From an uncultured Spirochaetota bacterium (lineage in GTDB: Bacteria > Spirochaetota > Spirochaetia > DSM-27196 > DATKUC01), in assembly GCA_963832675.1 (NCBI GenBank), contig CAWHUY010000034.1, forward strand, positions 77,716 to 141,715: DNA of 64,000 bases. Reading direction: 5' to 3'. The translations under genes and the position numbers were made by a program. Below the pieces are notes generated by a model. It worked only from the letters and a program-made list of their open reading frames with translations. It did not search any database and was not told the origin of the DNA. The stretch's first letter is position 1; each line of letters starts with the position of its first letter. This document shows positions 48,646 through 58,304 of this stretch, piece by piece.

Positions 48646-49861
48646 TATGCGCATCAATCTGATGGCGCCCGTGCTGCCGTGCCCGAGGGATGATCGTCAA
48701 TGAAAACGTGGTGACGAGCAGAATCCCCGCCGTCACCAGGAAGGTGGAAGGATATCCCCACGCGACTGCGGCTATCGCCCCCAGAGCGGGCCCGATCGCC
48801 ATTCCCGCCGAGCTCACGCTGGTGTTGATTCCGTAGACGCTCCCCTGATTTTCGGGAGAGGTGTTGCGCGCTATGAGTGCGTTTATCGAGGGTAGCGCAC
48901 CACCGAGGAAGAATCCCCCAAGAATGCGAAATAGCAGCAGCTGCATTGTCGTACCGCTGAACGCCTGCGGGAGGGTGAAAAGGAAAGCACCGGTAAGCGC
49001 AAAGCTGAGGGTCCGTTTGTAACCCATGCGGTAGGAGAATCGGCCGATAATGGCTGCGGCAATCGCTGAGCTCAAAGCTCCAAAACCGAGCACCATTCCA
49101 GTTTCCGAAGCAACCATTGTCTGGTTGGATGTGATCTGCTGCACGAAAAGCGGCAGAATCGGATTCACCACCGCGTTCGCCATCTGGACGGCAAACGAGA
49201 TGGCCAGAAGCGCAAGCAGTGGCAGAGAGTGAAGCACGGGCGAGAAATCGGGAACCATTCTGTGAAGGAAAGAACCTGCGGATTTCTGTGGAACGAATTC
49301 CTCGCGGACATACCGGGTGACAATCACTCCGGCTGCCGCGAGAAGCAGCGAAGTGACATAGAATGTCGCCCGGTGCGAAGTGAGGTCGGAAACAAACCCG
49401 CCGATCATCGGACCGACAGATCCGCCCACGAAAATCGCCGTTTGAAGAAGCCCCATACCGAACCCGGTCTCTTGGACCGGCACCGTTGCGGCGACAAGAA
49501 CGGTGGCGGCACCGACGGTTCCGGTCAGCAGGCCCTGAAGAGTGCGCAGCGCGAGCAGCTGCCATGGACTGGTCACAAATCCCATCATTGCGATGACGAT
49601 GCTGCCGCCGAACATGGCGCGAAGAAGCATCGGGCGGCGGCCGTAACTGTCTGCAAGGCGTCCCCAGACCGGCGCGATAAGACCGAGTGCGATCGACGAG
49701 ACGGATTGGATGATCCCGACCCAAAAGTTGAGCTGATTCGCATCGGTTATGCCCATGTCCTGAAGGTAGAAGGGTATGATGGGCATTGAGGCACTGAACC
49801 CGGCGATGGCAAACAGTTCCGCCACCCAGATTGCGTAGAGGTTTTTCTTCCAGCTGATCAT
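48629..49861 (-). CDS. MFS transporter (DHA1, MdtG-like)
   Basis: WKKNL, APVWGRLADSYGRRPMLLRA motif A, about 12 hydrophobic segments. Confidence 0.92.
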   Translation of the reverse strand: MISWKKNLYAIWVAELFAIAGFSASMPIIPFYLQDMGITDANQLNFWVGIIQSVSSIALGLIAPVWGRLADSYGRRPMLLRAMFGGSIVIAMMGFVTSPWQLLALRTLQGLLTGTVGAATVLVAATVPVQETGFGMGLLQTAIFVGGSVGPMIGGFVSDLTSHRATFYVTSLLLAAAGVIVTRYVREEFVPQKSAGSFLHRMVPDFSPVLHSLPLLALLAISFAVQMANAVVNPILPLFVQQITSNQTMVASETGMVLGFGALSSAIAAAIIGRFSYRMGYKRTLSFALTGAFLFTLPQAFSGTTMQLLLFRILGGFFLGGALPSINALIARNTSPENQGSVYGINTSVSSAGMAIGPALGAIAAVAWGYPSTFLVTAGILLVTTFSLTIIPRARQHGRHQIDAHTTGRN

Positions 49862-50030
49862 GATCTGTTCTTGAAAAAGCTGACAGAAGTCTAACAGATC
49901 GGTTCGGGCGGGACAAGCGATGAGGGATCGACGGAAGACGGTGTCGACGAACGCTCCTACCCGTTCGGGTAGTACGCCCTGCCGCGTTGCCGAAGTAGCT
50001 TGAGGTGACTAAGTTTCTGGAGGTGCAATT

Positions 50031-51107
50031 ATGGAAAGAGGTTCCGCGTCGAACAGCGCTCAGGCGCTCAAAGAGCTCTCGCAATCGCTCAGCGATTTGG
50101 TTCAATCTGTGGCGAAGTCGGTCGTTCAGGTAAGAGCCGAGGATGCCGAAGCCCGAACAGGCGTTAGATACGACGACCATCACGTCCTGACTGCCGCCGT
50201 GTACGCGGCCGAGAACGAAACGGTTACCGTTCGCGAGCTTACCTCCGCGCCCGGTATCGGCGGCGCCAAGAGTTTTCGCGATATTGAGGCGTCGGTCGTG
50301 GGACAGGACCCGTCCACCGGTCTGGTGCTGCTGAAGATCGAAACGCCGCTTACGGTTGGGGGGCTTCCGCGACGGGCCGATTCCAACCCCGTCCATGTAG
50401 GGGAGCTCGCAGTCAGCGTTGCAATTCCGTCGTATGATGGCGTAGAGGCGAAGCTCGAGATGATTCGCTGCGCCGGCGGCCCGTGGAGCGGCAACGGCGG
50501 AGAGATCCCCGGATACCTTCAGACCGATGCGCCGCTATTCCCCGGTTTCGCAGGAAGTCCGGTCGTCGACGCCGACGGCAGCCTGATCGGCATCCGGGCA
50601 GCCGGCAGCGGGCCGATGGAGATCGCCAACGGCGGAATCATTATTCCGGCGGATTTTGCATTTGAAACCGCAGCGCGAATCGCCGAGCATAAACTGCCTG
50701 TGCGGGGATATCTCGGCATACGCAGTCAGGAAGCCGAACTTTCCGAAGCGCTCGCGAAAAAACTCGAACGGGCTCAGCCGACCGGATTGCTTGTGATCTC
50801 GGTCGAACAGGGATCGCCGGCTGAGACCGCCGGTCTCGTCACGGGAGACATCCTCACTGCACTCGCCGGGCACCCGGTTACTTCGCATGAGGAGCTGCTG
50901 CGCGCAATGGACAAATCCGGGACAGGAAACGGTGTGGAGCTGGAGATCCTGCGCGGCGGCGATCTCTCCCGCGTCCAGGTAACGCCGGCGGCGGCACCCC
51001 GGGATGCCGGGTTCGCGGGGCATCGATGGGGAGGTGGATGGCGTCACGGTGCTCACCAGGGCGCCCGGAGAATGCGCAGATGGTTCCAGAGCGGGACGGC
51101 GGGCTGA
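50031..51107 (+). CDS. HtrA/S1C trypsin-like protein with PDZ domain, catalytic residues degenerate
   Basis: SVVQV, G.DP.T.L.LLKI, LQTDA.LFPGFAGSP, RGYLGI, GSPA..AGL..GD. Confidence 0.8.
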   Translation: MERGSASNSAQALKELSQSLSDLVQSVAKSVVQVRAEDAEARTGVRYDDHHVLTAAVYAAENETVTVRELTSAPGIGGAKSFRDIEASVVGQDPSTGLVLLKIETPLTVGGLPRRADSNPVHVGELAVSVAIPSYDGVEAKLEMIRCAGGPWSGNGGEIPGYLQTDAPLFPGFAGSPVVDADGSLIGIRAAGSGPMEIANGGIIIPADFAFETAARIAEHKLPVRGYLGIRSQEAELSEALAKKLERAQPTGLLVISVEQGSPAETAGLVTGDILTALAGHPVTSHEELLRAMDKSGTGNGVELEILRGGDLSRVQVTPAAAPRDAGFAGHRWGGGWRHGAHQGARRMRRWFQSGTAG

Positions 51108-51793
51108 TACGGATTGGTTTGCTGGCGGCCGACGACGGCCGCCTTCAGCTCCTGACGGCCACATTCAAGCATGCCCGAGGTTTCCAACTCGTCCTTCGCA
51201 CTTGCGAACTGCGGGAGATCGGGCCCCGCCGCCCAGCGCCCGATATCTTTCTCTGGGATCTCTCCGGGAAAGATTCCCCGGGCCGTGTCCGGCTCGACGA
51301 GCTTCTTGATCGCATGCCCGGCGAACCCGGTCTAATCCTGCTCTGCGATGATCCGGCTGCCGGACCGCTTCTTTCGGATCTGGATCGTCCGTGGGGCCTG
51401 CTACCCGGCGATAGTCCTGCCGATACGCTGACGATCGCCGCTGTTTCCGTAGCCTCCGGCCTCGTCACGGTCGATTTCGACCTGTACGCTGATTCGGCCG
51501 ACAGCGGAATCCCCGGCACTGAGCGCCCCCGCGGCACAGGACGGAATAGTGCGGAAAGTCCCGCTGACACCGCCGTCGGCGGTTCGGACGTGTACCAGCC
51601 GATGTCGGCGCGCGAAGTGCAGGTTCTTGTGCTCATTTTTCAGGGATATCGGAACCGCGAGATTGCCGAGAATCTGGGAATAAGCGAGAACACCGTGAAA
51701 TACCACATCGCATCGATCTACGGAAAGCTCGGCGTGGTGAACCGCGCCGAAGCGGTTCGGGAAGCAATGCGGCGCGGGCTACTCGCCCTGTAA
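51080..51793 (+). CDS. NarL/LuxR-family regulator with degenerate receiver domain
   Basis: SAREVQVL..G.RN.EIA..LGISENTVKYHIASIYGKL; N-terminal PDIFLWD receiver-like segment; start uncertain. Confidence 0.85.
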   Translation: MVPERDGGLIRIGLLAADDGRLQLLTATFKHARGFQLVLRTCELREIGPRRPAPDIFLWDLSGKDSPGRVRLDELLDRMPGEPGLILLCDDPAAGPLLSDLDRPWGLLPGDSPADTLTIAAVSVASGLVTVDFDLYADSADSGIPGTERPRGTGRNSAESPADTAVGGSDVYQPMSAREVQVLVLIFQGYRNREIAENLGISENTVKYHIASIYGKLGVVNRAEAVREAMRRGLLAL

Positions 51794-51821
51794 CGATGGC
51801 GGTTTCAAGCTGTGGGAAGCT

Positions 51822-53705
51822 TCAGGCGCGGTAGAGTTTCAGCAGCTCTTCGAGCCGACCCGCGCTCTCTTCCAGCCCCCCGGGGCGACAGCGTTCCAGC
51901 CATAATTCCCGGTAGCGCGGGACAAGCCCGGAAAGGTCGGCGGCGAGTGTGGCGCGTTTGTCCGGTTTGATCTCGCTGATTTCCCGGACGCCGCCCGAAA
52001 GTCTGCTTTCGGCCAGATCGCACGCATGCAGCATGATCCGCGCGGTGAATTCGACCTCCGCCTTGATTCGGCTCGCTTCGTCGTCACCGGGCTGAAATGC
52101 GTGCGCCGCAGACAGCGCCTGCCCGATGATCGTCCTGCAGTGTAGAAAGTCGGTCTCGGCGAACTCGCCGTACCGCTCCCGATAGTAGGGGTATTGCGGG
52201 TCAATAATCATCGCGGCGAGTATTGTCGCATTGTGCAACCGGACGCCAATTGAAGATGTTGCGTCGCCCAGATCCAGAAGGGCTCTTGCAAGGGCACCCG
52301 AGGAATCGCCGAAAAGGTGGCGGCTGAGCGCGTCGGCGACCGGAAGGTTGCGACTCGCTTCCACCGACCACGACAGAGCCGCGCCGTAGAGGTACCCGGG
52401 AAGAGCGACCGGATACTGCTGGAGATGGCCGTTGTCGCCCCACTCGGTTGTCAGAAAGCCGACCGCGCCCCGGCCCAACCCGATGCGAGCGGCGCGTTCG
52501 AGATTCTCCTTCGCGTTTTCCCACCTGCCACCGAGGGAGTTCCAGGCGCTGGTGCCTGCGCAGACGTGGTAGATCACGCCGGCATTCTTGAAAGAATCGC
52601 AGTCCTTCTCGAACGGATGGTCCCGTTCGTACCCCCATGTCAGCGCTATCGCATCGTGGGGCAGTTCCCGAATAAGCTGCGGATAGTGAAGGATCACGTC
52701 GCCCCAGTAGAGCATCGTTTTGCCGCGCTCCTTGACCAGGTGGGAGACTCGCCTGACGAAATCCAGGTAGACACGGCCTGTTCCTGTTGCGCGGCAAAGC
52801 TCTGCGCTGCGTCCCTGCCCAAGGTCGATAGTCTCGTCGCATCCGACGTTGAACTTTCCGCTGGTGAAATTGGGAAGCAGCTCGTCGTACAGACCGGCGA
52901 GAAAGGGGATGGATTCCTCGACCGCCGGGCTGAGCGAGAAGGGTTCTCGCTGAAAGACGCCGTTCCAGCCGGAGAAACCTTCGGGAGCTTCGGCTAGGTG
53001 CAGATAGTGCGAATGACTGAGCCAACGTTCCATGTGGCCGAAGGAGTTCTGGTTTGGTATGAGCTCGATGAAACGGTCGGCGCAATAGAGGTCGAGCGCA
53101 CGAATTTCGTCGGGCATCATCGGAGACGAATTTTCCCAGACGGTTCGATGAGCTTTGTAGGCGAAGGTATGTTCGGTGTAGAGCTGAATCTGATTGATCT
53201 TCAGCTCCGACCAGAAATCCACCAAACGGTAGAGCGTTTCCATGGCAGGAACACGATCGCGGCTGATGTCGAGCATGATGCCGCGGTTCGGGAAGTCCGG
53301 CCAGTCCCGAATCCGCAGGCAGGGCACATGGTCGGGTGCTGCGTGACGGAGAACCTGACGCAGGGTCATCATTCCATAGAACGCGCCCTGGGGTTCGGTC
53401 GCCCGGATCGTGATTCCGGTGGGTTCGATTTCCAGGTCATAGCTGTCGCGCAGTCGTTCAGGTCCCGAGCCGTTGTCCGAAGCGGACGAGCCGTTGTCCG
53501 AAGCGGACGAGCCGTTGTCCGAAGCGGACGAGCCGTTGTCCGACACTGAACGCCCGACGATAATCTGTACCCCGGGAACAGGGCCATGATTTCGATCGTA
53601 CCGGTGAATTGCGTCGAGAAGGGGCCGTGAGGGATGGAATAGGCCGCTCGTGCGTTCGACTTTCTTCGGCGCGGGAACGAGGAGGAGGCTGGTTTCCGGG
53701 GTCAC
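51822..53705 (-). CDS. Glycoside hydrolase family 20 (beta-N-acetylhexosaminidase-like)
   Basis: I.DWPDF..RG.MLDISR, KINQ.QLY.E, PNQNSFGH, FNVGCDE catalytic pair. Confidence 0.88.
   Translation of the reverse strand: MTPETSLLLVPAPKKVERTSGLFHPSRPLLDAIHRYDRNHGPVPGVQIIVGRSVSDNGSSASDNGSSASDNGSSASDNGSGPERLRDSYDLEIEPTGITIRATEPQGAFYGMMTLRQVLRHAAPDHVPCLRIRDWPDFPNRGIMLDISRDRVPAMETLYRLVDFWSELKINQIQLYTEHTFAYKAHRTVWENSSPMMPDEIRALDLYCADRFIELIPNQNSFGHMERWLSHSHYLHLAEAPEGFSGWNGVFQREPFSLSPAVEESIPFLAGLYDELLPNFTSGKFNVGCDETIDLGQGRSAELCRATGTGRVYLDFVRRVSHLVKERGKTMLYWGDVILHYPQLIRELPHDAIALTWGYERDHPFEKDCDSFKNAGVIYHVCAGTSAWNSLGGRWENAKENLERAARIGLGRGAVGFLTTEWGDNGHLQQYPVALPGYLYGAALSWSVEASRNLPVADALSRHLFGDSSGALARALLDLGDATSSIGVRLHNATILAAMIIDPQYPYYRERYGEFAETDFLHCRTIIGQALSAAHAFQPGDDEASRIKAEVEFTARIMLHACDLAESRLSGGVREISEIKPDKRATLAADLSGLVPRYRELWLERCRPGGLEESAGRLEELLKLYRA
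53466..53543. repeat. In-frame 21-bp tandem repeat (3.7 copies) encoding SDNGSSA in the GH20 gene
   Basis: CGAGCCGTTGTCCGAAGCGGA three times exactly plus a 15-bp partial copy. Confidence 0.95.
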
Positions 53706-53708
53706 GGA

Positions 53709-54557
53709 CTACTCCTTCAGGGCGCCTTCGGCGAACCCTTTTGCCAGCTCCTCGTGGAAGAACATGTAGAAGACGATCATGGGAAATGTGCCCATCACTA
53801 GCGCGGCGAACTGCCAGCCGTAGTTCTGGTTCAACGCGCCGGCGAATGAGTTGATGCCGACCGGAAGACTTCGCAGTATGTCCTTGCTCGTGAGGATGAA
53901 GACAAATACATACTCATTCCAGTTTCCCAGGAAGGTGAGAATCGTAATGGTCGCCATCACCGGCCTCGCGACCGGGAGAATCAACGTAAAGAAGATGTAG
54001 ATGTAATTCGCCCCGTCGATCAGGGCGGATTCCTGGAGGGAATCCGGAATGTTCTTGATGTAGGATGTCGCAATGTAAAGCGCCATCGGCATACCGAATG
54101 CGATGTAGGGAAGAATGACCCCGAGACGCGTGTTGGCGAGACCGACCCGGGTCTCGGCAACGAAGAGCGGCACAAGCACCGATTGCACGGTAATGAGCAG
54201 CCCCATTACGAAAAAGGCGAAAAGAAAGGCGTTCAGTTTCGGAAAATTGAATTTTGCCACCGCGTAGCCGGTAGACATCCCGAAAAGCACCGTGAGCGTC
54301 GTGGCGACCCCGGTGTAGATCACGCTGTTGATAGCATAGATTCCGAGGTGACCCAGCTTCCAGGACTGGATGTAGTTGTCGACTGTCCAGACCTTTGGCA
54401 GTGCGAGGGCGTTTCGCATGATCTCGCCATTGGCCTTGAAAGACGAATAGAACAGCCATATCAGAGGCAGTACGGTAAGAAGCGTGAACATCCCCATGAC
54501 GATATATGCTGCGATTTTGCCGGGAAGGCGTATTTCTCCTGCCGAATAGCCGGTCAT
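53709..54557 (-). CDS. Carbohydrate ABC transporter permease (MalG-like)
   Basis: IPDSLQESALIDGA EAA loop, WNEY, LPVG. Confidence 0.93.
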   Translation of the reverse strand: MTGYSAGEIRLPGKIAAYIVMGMFTLLTVLPLIWLFYSSFKANGEIMRNALALPKVWTVDNYIQSWKLGHLGIYAINSVIYTGVATTLTVLFGMSTGYAVAKFNFPKLNAFLFAFFVMGLLITVQSVLVPLFVAETRVGLANTRLGVILPYIAFGMPMALYIATSYIKNIPDSLQESALIDGANYIYIFFTLILPVARPVMATITILTFLGNWNEYVFVFILTSKDILRSLPVGINSFAGALNQNYGWQFAALVMGTFPMIVFYMFFHEELAKGFAEGALKE

Positions 54558-54566
54558 GACGAACTC

Positions 54567-55463
54567 CTAGCCGTATTTGCGTTCATAGCGCGAGAACACA
54601 TTCTGCGCGATCGTGATAAGTCCGACGCTCATGAGCACCATCACGATCGAAACCGCGCTACCATAGCCGTATTTGTAGAACGAGAAGGTATTGTTGTACA
54701 TATAGATTGCAAGAACCTCGGTATAGTGCGCGGGCCCGCCGGCCGTCATTGCCCAGACAAGATCGAAACTCTTCAAGCTGCCGGAAATTGCAAGGACCGC
54801 TGTCGTGAACATCACCCCCATCATCGTGGGAAGGATGATGCGGCCGAGAATCTGACTCTCACGGGCACCGTCGATGACGGCGGCCTCTATTACCGATCGC
54901 GGAATCTTCTGGAGATTCGCGAGAAAGATGATCATGTAGAGTCCGGTGTACATCCAGAGAATAACGAACAGAACCGGGAAAATTGCCCATATCTTGTTCT
55001 GAAAAATGGTCAGAATGTACTGCTGATCATGTGAAATGTTTCGGATGAGAGCGGTATAGATTCCCACCGGGGAAAAGACGCGGTTCCAGAGAATTGCCAC
55101 GACAATTGCGGATATCGTGATGGGGAGAAAGATCATGGTCTCAAAGAAATTCCCAAACTTTACCATGCGCCGATACAAAACATACGCGAGGATGAATCCA
55201 AACGGTATCTGCCCGAAGACGGAGATCCCGACGATGAGACCGTTGTTTCGCAGGTCGTGGAGAAAGATCGGATCGGCGAACATCTTGATGTAGTTCTCGA
55301 GACCGACGAACTTTGGAATCCCGAACCCCGACCACTCGGTTGCGCTGATCACGAGACTGACGACGATCGGAAAAATCGCAATCATTCCATAGATAAGCAC
55401 GCCCGGTCCCACAAGCACGGCATAGCTGAATCGTTTCAGGCCTTTCTGGGTCATCCTCGACAC
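54567..55463 (-). CDS. Carbohydrate ABC transporter permease (MalF-like)
   Basis: FVGLENY, IPRSVIEAAVIDGA, SLKSFD, GGP, YGYGSA. Confidence 0.93.
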   Translation of the reverse strand: MSRMTQKGLKRFSYAVLVGPGVLIYGMIAIFPIVVSLVISATEWSGFGIPKFVGLENYIKMFADPIFLHDLRNNGLIVGISVFGQIPFGFILAYVLYRRMVKFGNFFETMIFLPITISAIVVAILWNRVFSPVGIYTALIRNISHDQQYILTIFQNKIWAIFPVLFVILWMYTGLYMIIFLANLQKIPRSVIEAAVIDGARESQILGRIILPTMMGVMFTTAVLAISGSLKSFDLVWAMTAGGPAHYTEVLAIYMYNNTFSFYKYGYGSAVSIVMVLMSVGLITIAQNVFSRYERKYG

Positions 55464-55485
55464 TCCAGATCACGAGAAAATGGAT

Positions 55486-55515
55486 TCCGGAGCGCCGATT
55501 GCTCAGCGCTCCGGA
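55486..55515 (-). terminator. Intergenic stem-loop after the binding-protein gene (attenuating or mRNA-stabilising hairpin)
   Basis: TCCGGAGCGC-N10-GCGCTCCGGA, weak U tract on the minus strand. Confidence 0.55.
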
Positions 55516-55554
55516 GTTTATTTTACACCCGCTTATCAGATAGGTGAGTAATTT

Positions 55555-56880
55555 TTACTTGCCGGGATTCGCCTTCAGCCAGTTCGCGAATTCAGTGGCA
55601 AGCTGCTGCGGCGTCTTGTTTCCGAACATCATTTCCTGCATGCCGGGCTGGAGAATACTCATCGCCTGACCGGAAAGGACGCTGTCGATGACCAGTGAGG
55701 TGTCGCGTCCCTTCCAGAAGTCGGAGAGCTTCACAATCATCGGATCGACGTTGGGAATCGAGCTCAGGTCGAGCTTGTAGGCGGGAAACGCGCCATTTGC
55801 GAGCCGAATCTTCGAGCCTTCGGGACCGCTGTAGTACCAGATCCATTTCCAGGCAGCGTCGGCCTTCGCACCGTCGAGCTTCGCATTCATGCCGAAACCG
55901 GTGCCGGCCACCGCGGAGGTCGAACCTGAGGGACCTACCTCACCTGCAACGTCCGGGAAGGAGTTGAGCTCAATGTATTTCTTCTGGTCGGGAGTAAGGG
56001 TCTGCACGAGGTTGTTCACCCGCCATCCGCCGTCTACGAGGTACACGGCCTTCTCGGCGACGAACGAATCGATGGCGTTGTTGTAGTCGAGCTGGTTGAT
56101 ACCAGGTGAGAACATCTTCGCGTCATTCAGTTTCTTCACGACATTGAGTGCCGCAACAAACTGCGGATCTGCAAGCATCGATCCGTCGCCTGCGACCGCC
56201 TTCTTGAACCAGTCCATTCCACCGGTCCGGTCGACAAGCGTGGAAAGCAGACACGACTGCATCTCCCATCCGTCTTTGTTAGCCATCGCGATCGGAACAA
56301 GGCCCGCCGCCCGGATCTTGTCACCCTGGGCGATCATCTCGTCGACAGTCTTCGGATAGGTCAGCCCGAGCTGCTTCAACAGTTTGGTGTTGGTAAAGGT
56401 GACCTGAGTCGCAGTGATCTGCTCGGGGAGCTCATAGATTTCGCCGTTTTTCCCGGTCTGGGGCGCCACGGCAAGCGGGAAGAACTCACTCTCATGTCCC
56501 TTCAAGAAGGGGCGAAGGTCCTTCATCAGTCCGCGCTCGGTTACGTACCCGGTCCGTTTGTCCGGCCAGAGGAAGACGATGTCAGGGAGCTGCCCGCTCA
56601 CCGCCATTGCCTGAAGCTTCTGATGGTACGGGTCGTTGAACAGATACTCCGGTGTAATGCTGATGTCCGGGTTTTCCTTCAGGAACGTCGGGAGGATCTG
56701 ATCTGCCCAAACTTTCGCCTCGGGCGCTGTCACGTCCCGGTACATGAACATGGAAAGGCTCACCTTCCCACCCGACGAAGACGATGCGGCCGCCCCGCCC
56801 TCTTTCGATCCGCCTGCGAACGCTGCAACCGCCGAGAAAACGAGCAACAGTGCAAGCGTGAGTGACACAGTTCGTTTCAT
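55555..56880 (-). CDS. Carbohydrate ABC transporter substrate-binding protein
   Basis: Signal peptide ..AFAGGSKE, F.KENPDI, SGQLPDI, YPKT.DE, DGGW. Confidence 0.92.
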   Translation of the reverse strand: MKRTVSLTLALLLVFSAVAAFAGGSKEGGAAASSSSGGKVSLSMFMYRDVTAPEAKVWADQILPTFLKENPDISITPEYLFNDPYHQKLQAMAVSGQLPDIVFLWPDKRTGYVTERGLMKDLRPFLKGHESEFFPLAVAPQTGKNGEIYELPEQITATQVTFTNTKLLKQLGLTYPKTVDEMIAQGDKIRAAGLVPIAMANKDGWEMQSCLLSTLVDRTGGMDWFKKAVAGDGSMLADPQFVAALNVVKKLNDAKMFSPGINQLDYNNAIDSFVAEKAVYLVDGGWRVNNLVQTLTPDQKKYIELNSFPDVAGEVGPSGSTSAVAGTGFGMNAKLDGAKADAAWKWIWYYSGPEGSKIRLANGAFPAYKLDLSSIPNVDPMIVKLSDFWKGRDTSLVIDSVLSGQAMSILQPGMQEMMFGNKTPQQLATEFANWLKANPGK

Positions 56881-56897
56881 GTGTACCTCCTGTAATT

Positions 56898-58094
56898 CTA
56901 ATTCCCCTCTACAGGGGAACCTTTCCCAATTGGTTCGAGACGTTCGAGGAGGCTGGTCATCCCCGAAATCGTCCGCTCGTCGCCGGCCGCTATCGGTCGG
57001 CTCGTGAAAAGCCGTTCGAGCAGCATTCCCGCCGCTCCGTACGCAACCGCCTTGTCCCCGACCGATGAGTAGGAGACCGTGCAGTGTATGTCCTCCAGGT
57101 CATATGCCCAGTTGTGGCGGATCTCTTCGATGAGAAGCTCATCGAATGCCACCGGATGATTGTGGAGGTCCCCGCCAACGAATACCTGGTTGAGGTTGAG
57201 GGTATTCACGAATACGGCCAGGTTTTTTGCAAGCTCCCGAGAGAAGCGGCTCAGTACCTCGTCGTCCGCGGCTATCCGTCGGATCTCTTCGAGCGGGAGC
57301 GACATCTGCCCCCTGTTCGACCCGTTCCAGAATGCGCTCCGGAACTCGCCGCCATAGAAGTCCTGCCCGTAGTGAACGCGGCCATCGATCACCAGCCCAA
57401 GCCCGATACCGATCCCGCCATATTCGGACTTGCTGAAGTCTCCCTTTCGGAACTCAACGAGGGTGAAGAGAAAATTGCGCAGGCGCTCGGACTTGTGAAA
57501 GGCCAGCTCTCCCCACGCGCAGGCGTTTGCATCATTCTCGACGAAGGCGGGAACCTCAAGATCAGCCGCAGCGTCGCGTGCGAAGTTGTAGGGCTTTTCG
57601 ATGCCCATCGGAATCGATTTGATGATCGTGCCTTTGTGGGGGTTGATGACACCGCCGACTCCCAGGCCCACACCGAGAATTGGAAGCCCGCTTCTCGTCA
57701 GATTGCCCGTGGTTTCGTGGTAGATTCGCTTGAACTCTGCGGCAAGGTTCTCTTTGGAGACGACGACCTCTCCCTCCTTCGCATGAAGGATTTCACCGGC
57801 CAGATTTACCACGACGGCCTTGTAGTAGTCGGTCTGAAGCTCGATGCCCACCACGGCGGCGAAGTCTCCCTGGATGGTCAGCTGTATGGGTTTCCTGCCG
57901 CCCTGCGGGCCCGCGTCACGTTCGTCTCCGACCTGAACGATTCCGATGTCGATGAGCTCTGTTACAAGGTTGGTCACCGTCGACTTGTCCAGAGTCAGTT
58001 TACGCGCGATTTCAACGCGGGAGATTCCGGGGTTCATCCAGATCGAGCGCATGATTCTCGAAAAGTTGATCAGTTTGTTACGTTTGATCTGCAC
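56898..58094 (-). CDS. ROK-family transcriptional repressor
   Basis: ISRVEIA..L.L.KSTV..L HTH, GGRKP, ENDANACA.GE, GIGLG, GEF; GTG 58094 (ORF-track TTG 58205 is the -35 box). Confidence 0.9.
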   Translation of the reverse strand: MQIKRNKLINFSRIMRSIWMNPGISRVEIARKLTLDKSTVTNLVTELIDIGIVQVGDERDAGPQGGRKPIQLTIQGDFAAVVGIELQTDYYKAVVVNLAGEILHAKEGEVVVSKENLAAEFKRIYHETTGNLTRSGLPILGVGLGVGGVINPHKGTIIKSIPMGIEKPYNFARDAAADLEVPAFVENDANACAWGELAFHKSERLRNFLFTLVEFRKGDFSKSEYGGIGIGLGLVIDGRVHYGQDFYGGEFRSAFWNGSNRGQMSLPLEEIRRIAADDEVLSRFSRELAKNLAVFVNTLNLNQVFVGGDLHNHPVAFDELLIEEIRHNWAYDLEDIHCTVSYSSVGDKAVAYGAAGMLLERLFTSRPIAAGDERTISGMTSLLERLEPIGKGSPVEGN

Positions 58095-58152
58095 TCGCCA
58101 CCCCGACCGACGCACTCGACTTCCTTCAGACGTCCACCTCCCGCGAAGGAGG

Positions 58153-58205
58153 TTGGTTGGTTTTAAAACCAACCAAAGTATGACATGAGTATCCGGACCT
58201 GTCAA
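58153..58205 (-). promoter_or_regulatory. Promoter (TTGACA-17-CATACT) with perfect 24-bp palindromic operator TTGGTTGGTTTTAAAACCAACCAA (58153-58176)
   Basis: Palindrome begins immediately downstream of the -10, upstream of the ROK gene. Confidence 0.8.
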
Positions 58206-58304
58206 GTTTTTGTTCGGGGGGCATTGAAATCAATGGGAACTGCCGCAAAGGTTTGTTGTTGCAGCCGGCTATTCGCGCTATGATAGGAGACAAAGGGGTC
58301 AGAC

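Noticed and set aside
53466-53543. Possible CRISPR array
   Set aside because: Repeats are contiguous with no spacers, lie in frame inside a gene, and no cas genes are present.
53709-56880. Sugar ABC operon lacking an ATPase gene
   Set aside because: Common for CUT1 systems, which share an MsmX/MsiK-type ATPase.
58177-58205. ROK promoter as a fourth member of the TGACAAWYGTCA regulon
   Set aside because: It shares only the -35 and extended -10; the spacer (TTGACAGGTCCGG) lacks the second half-site, and it has its own palindrome.
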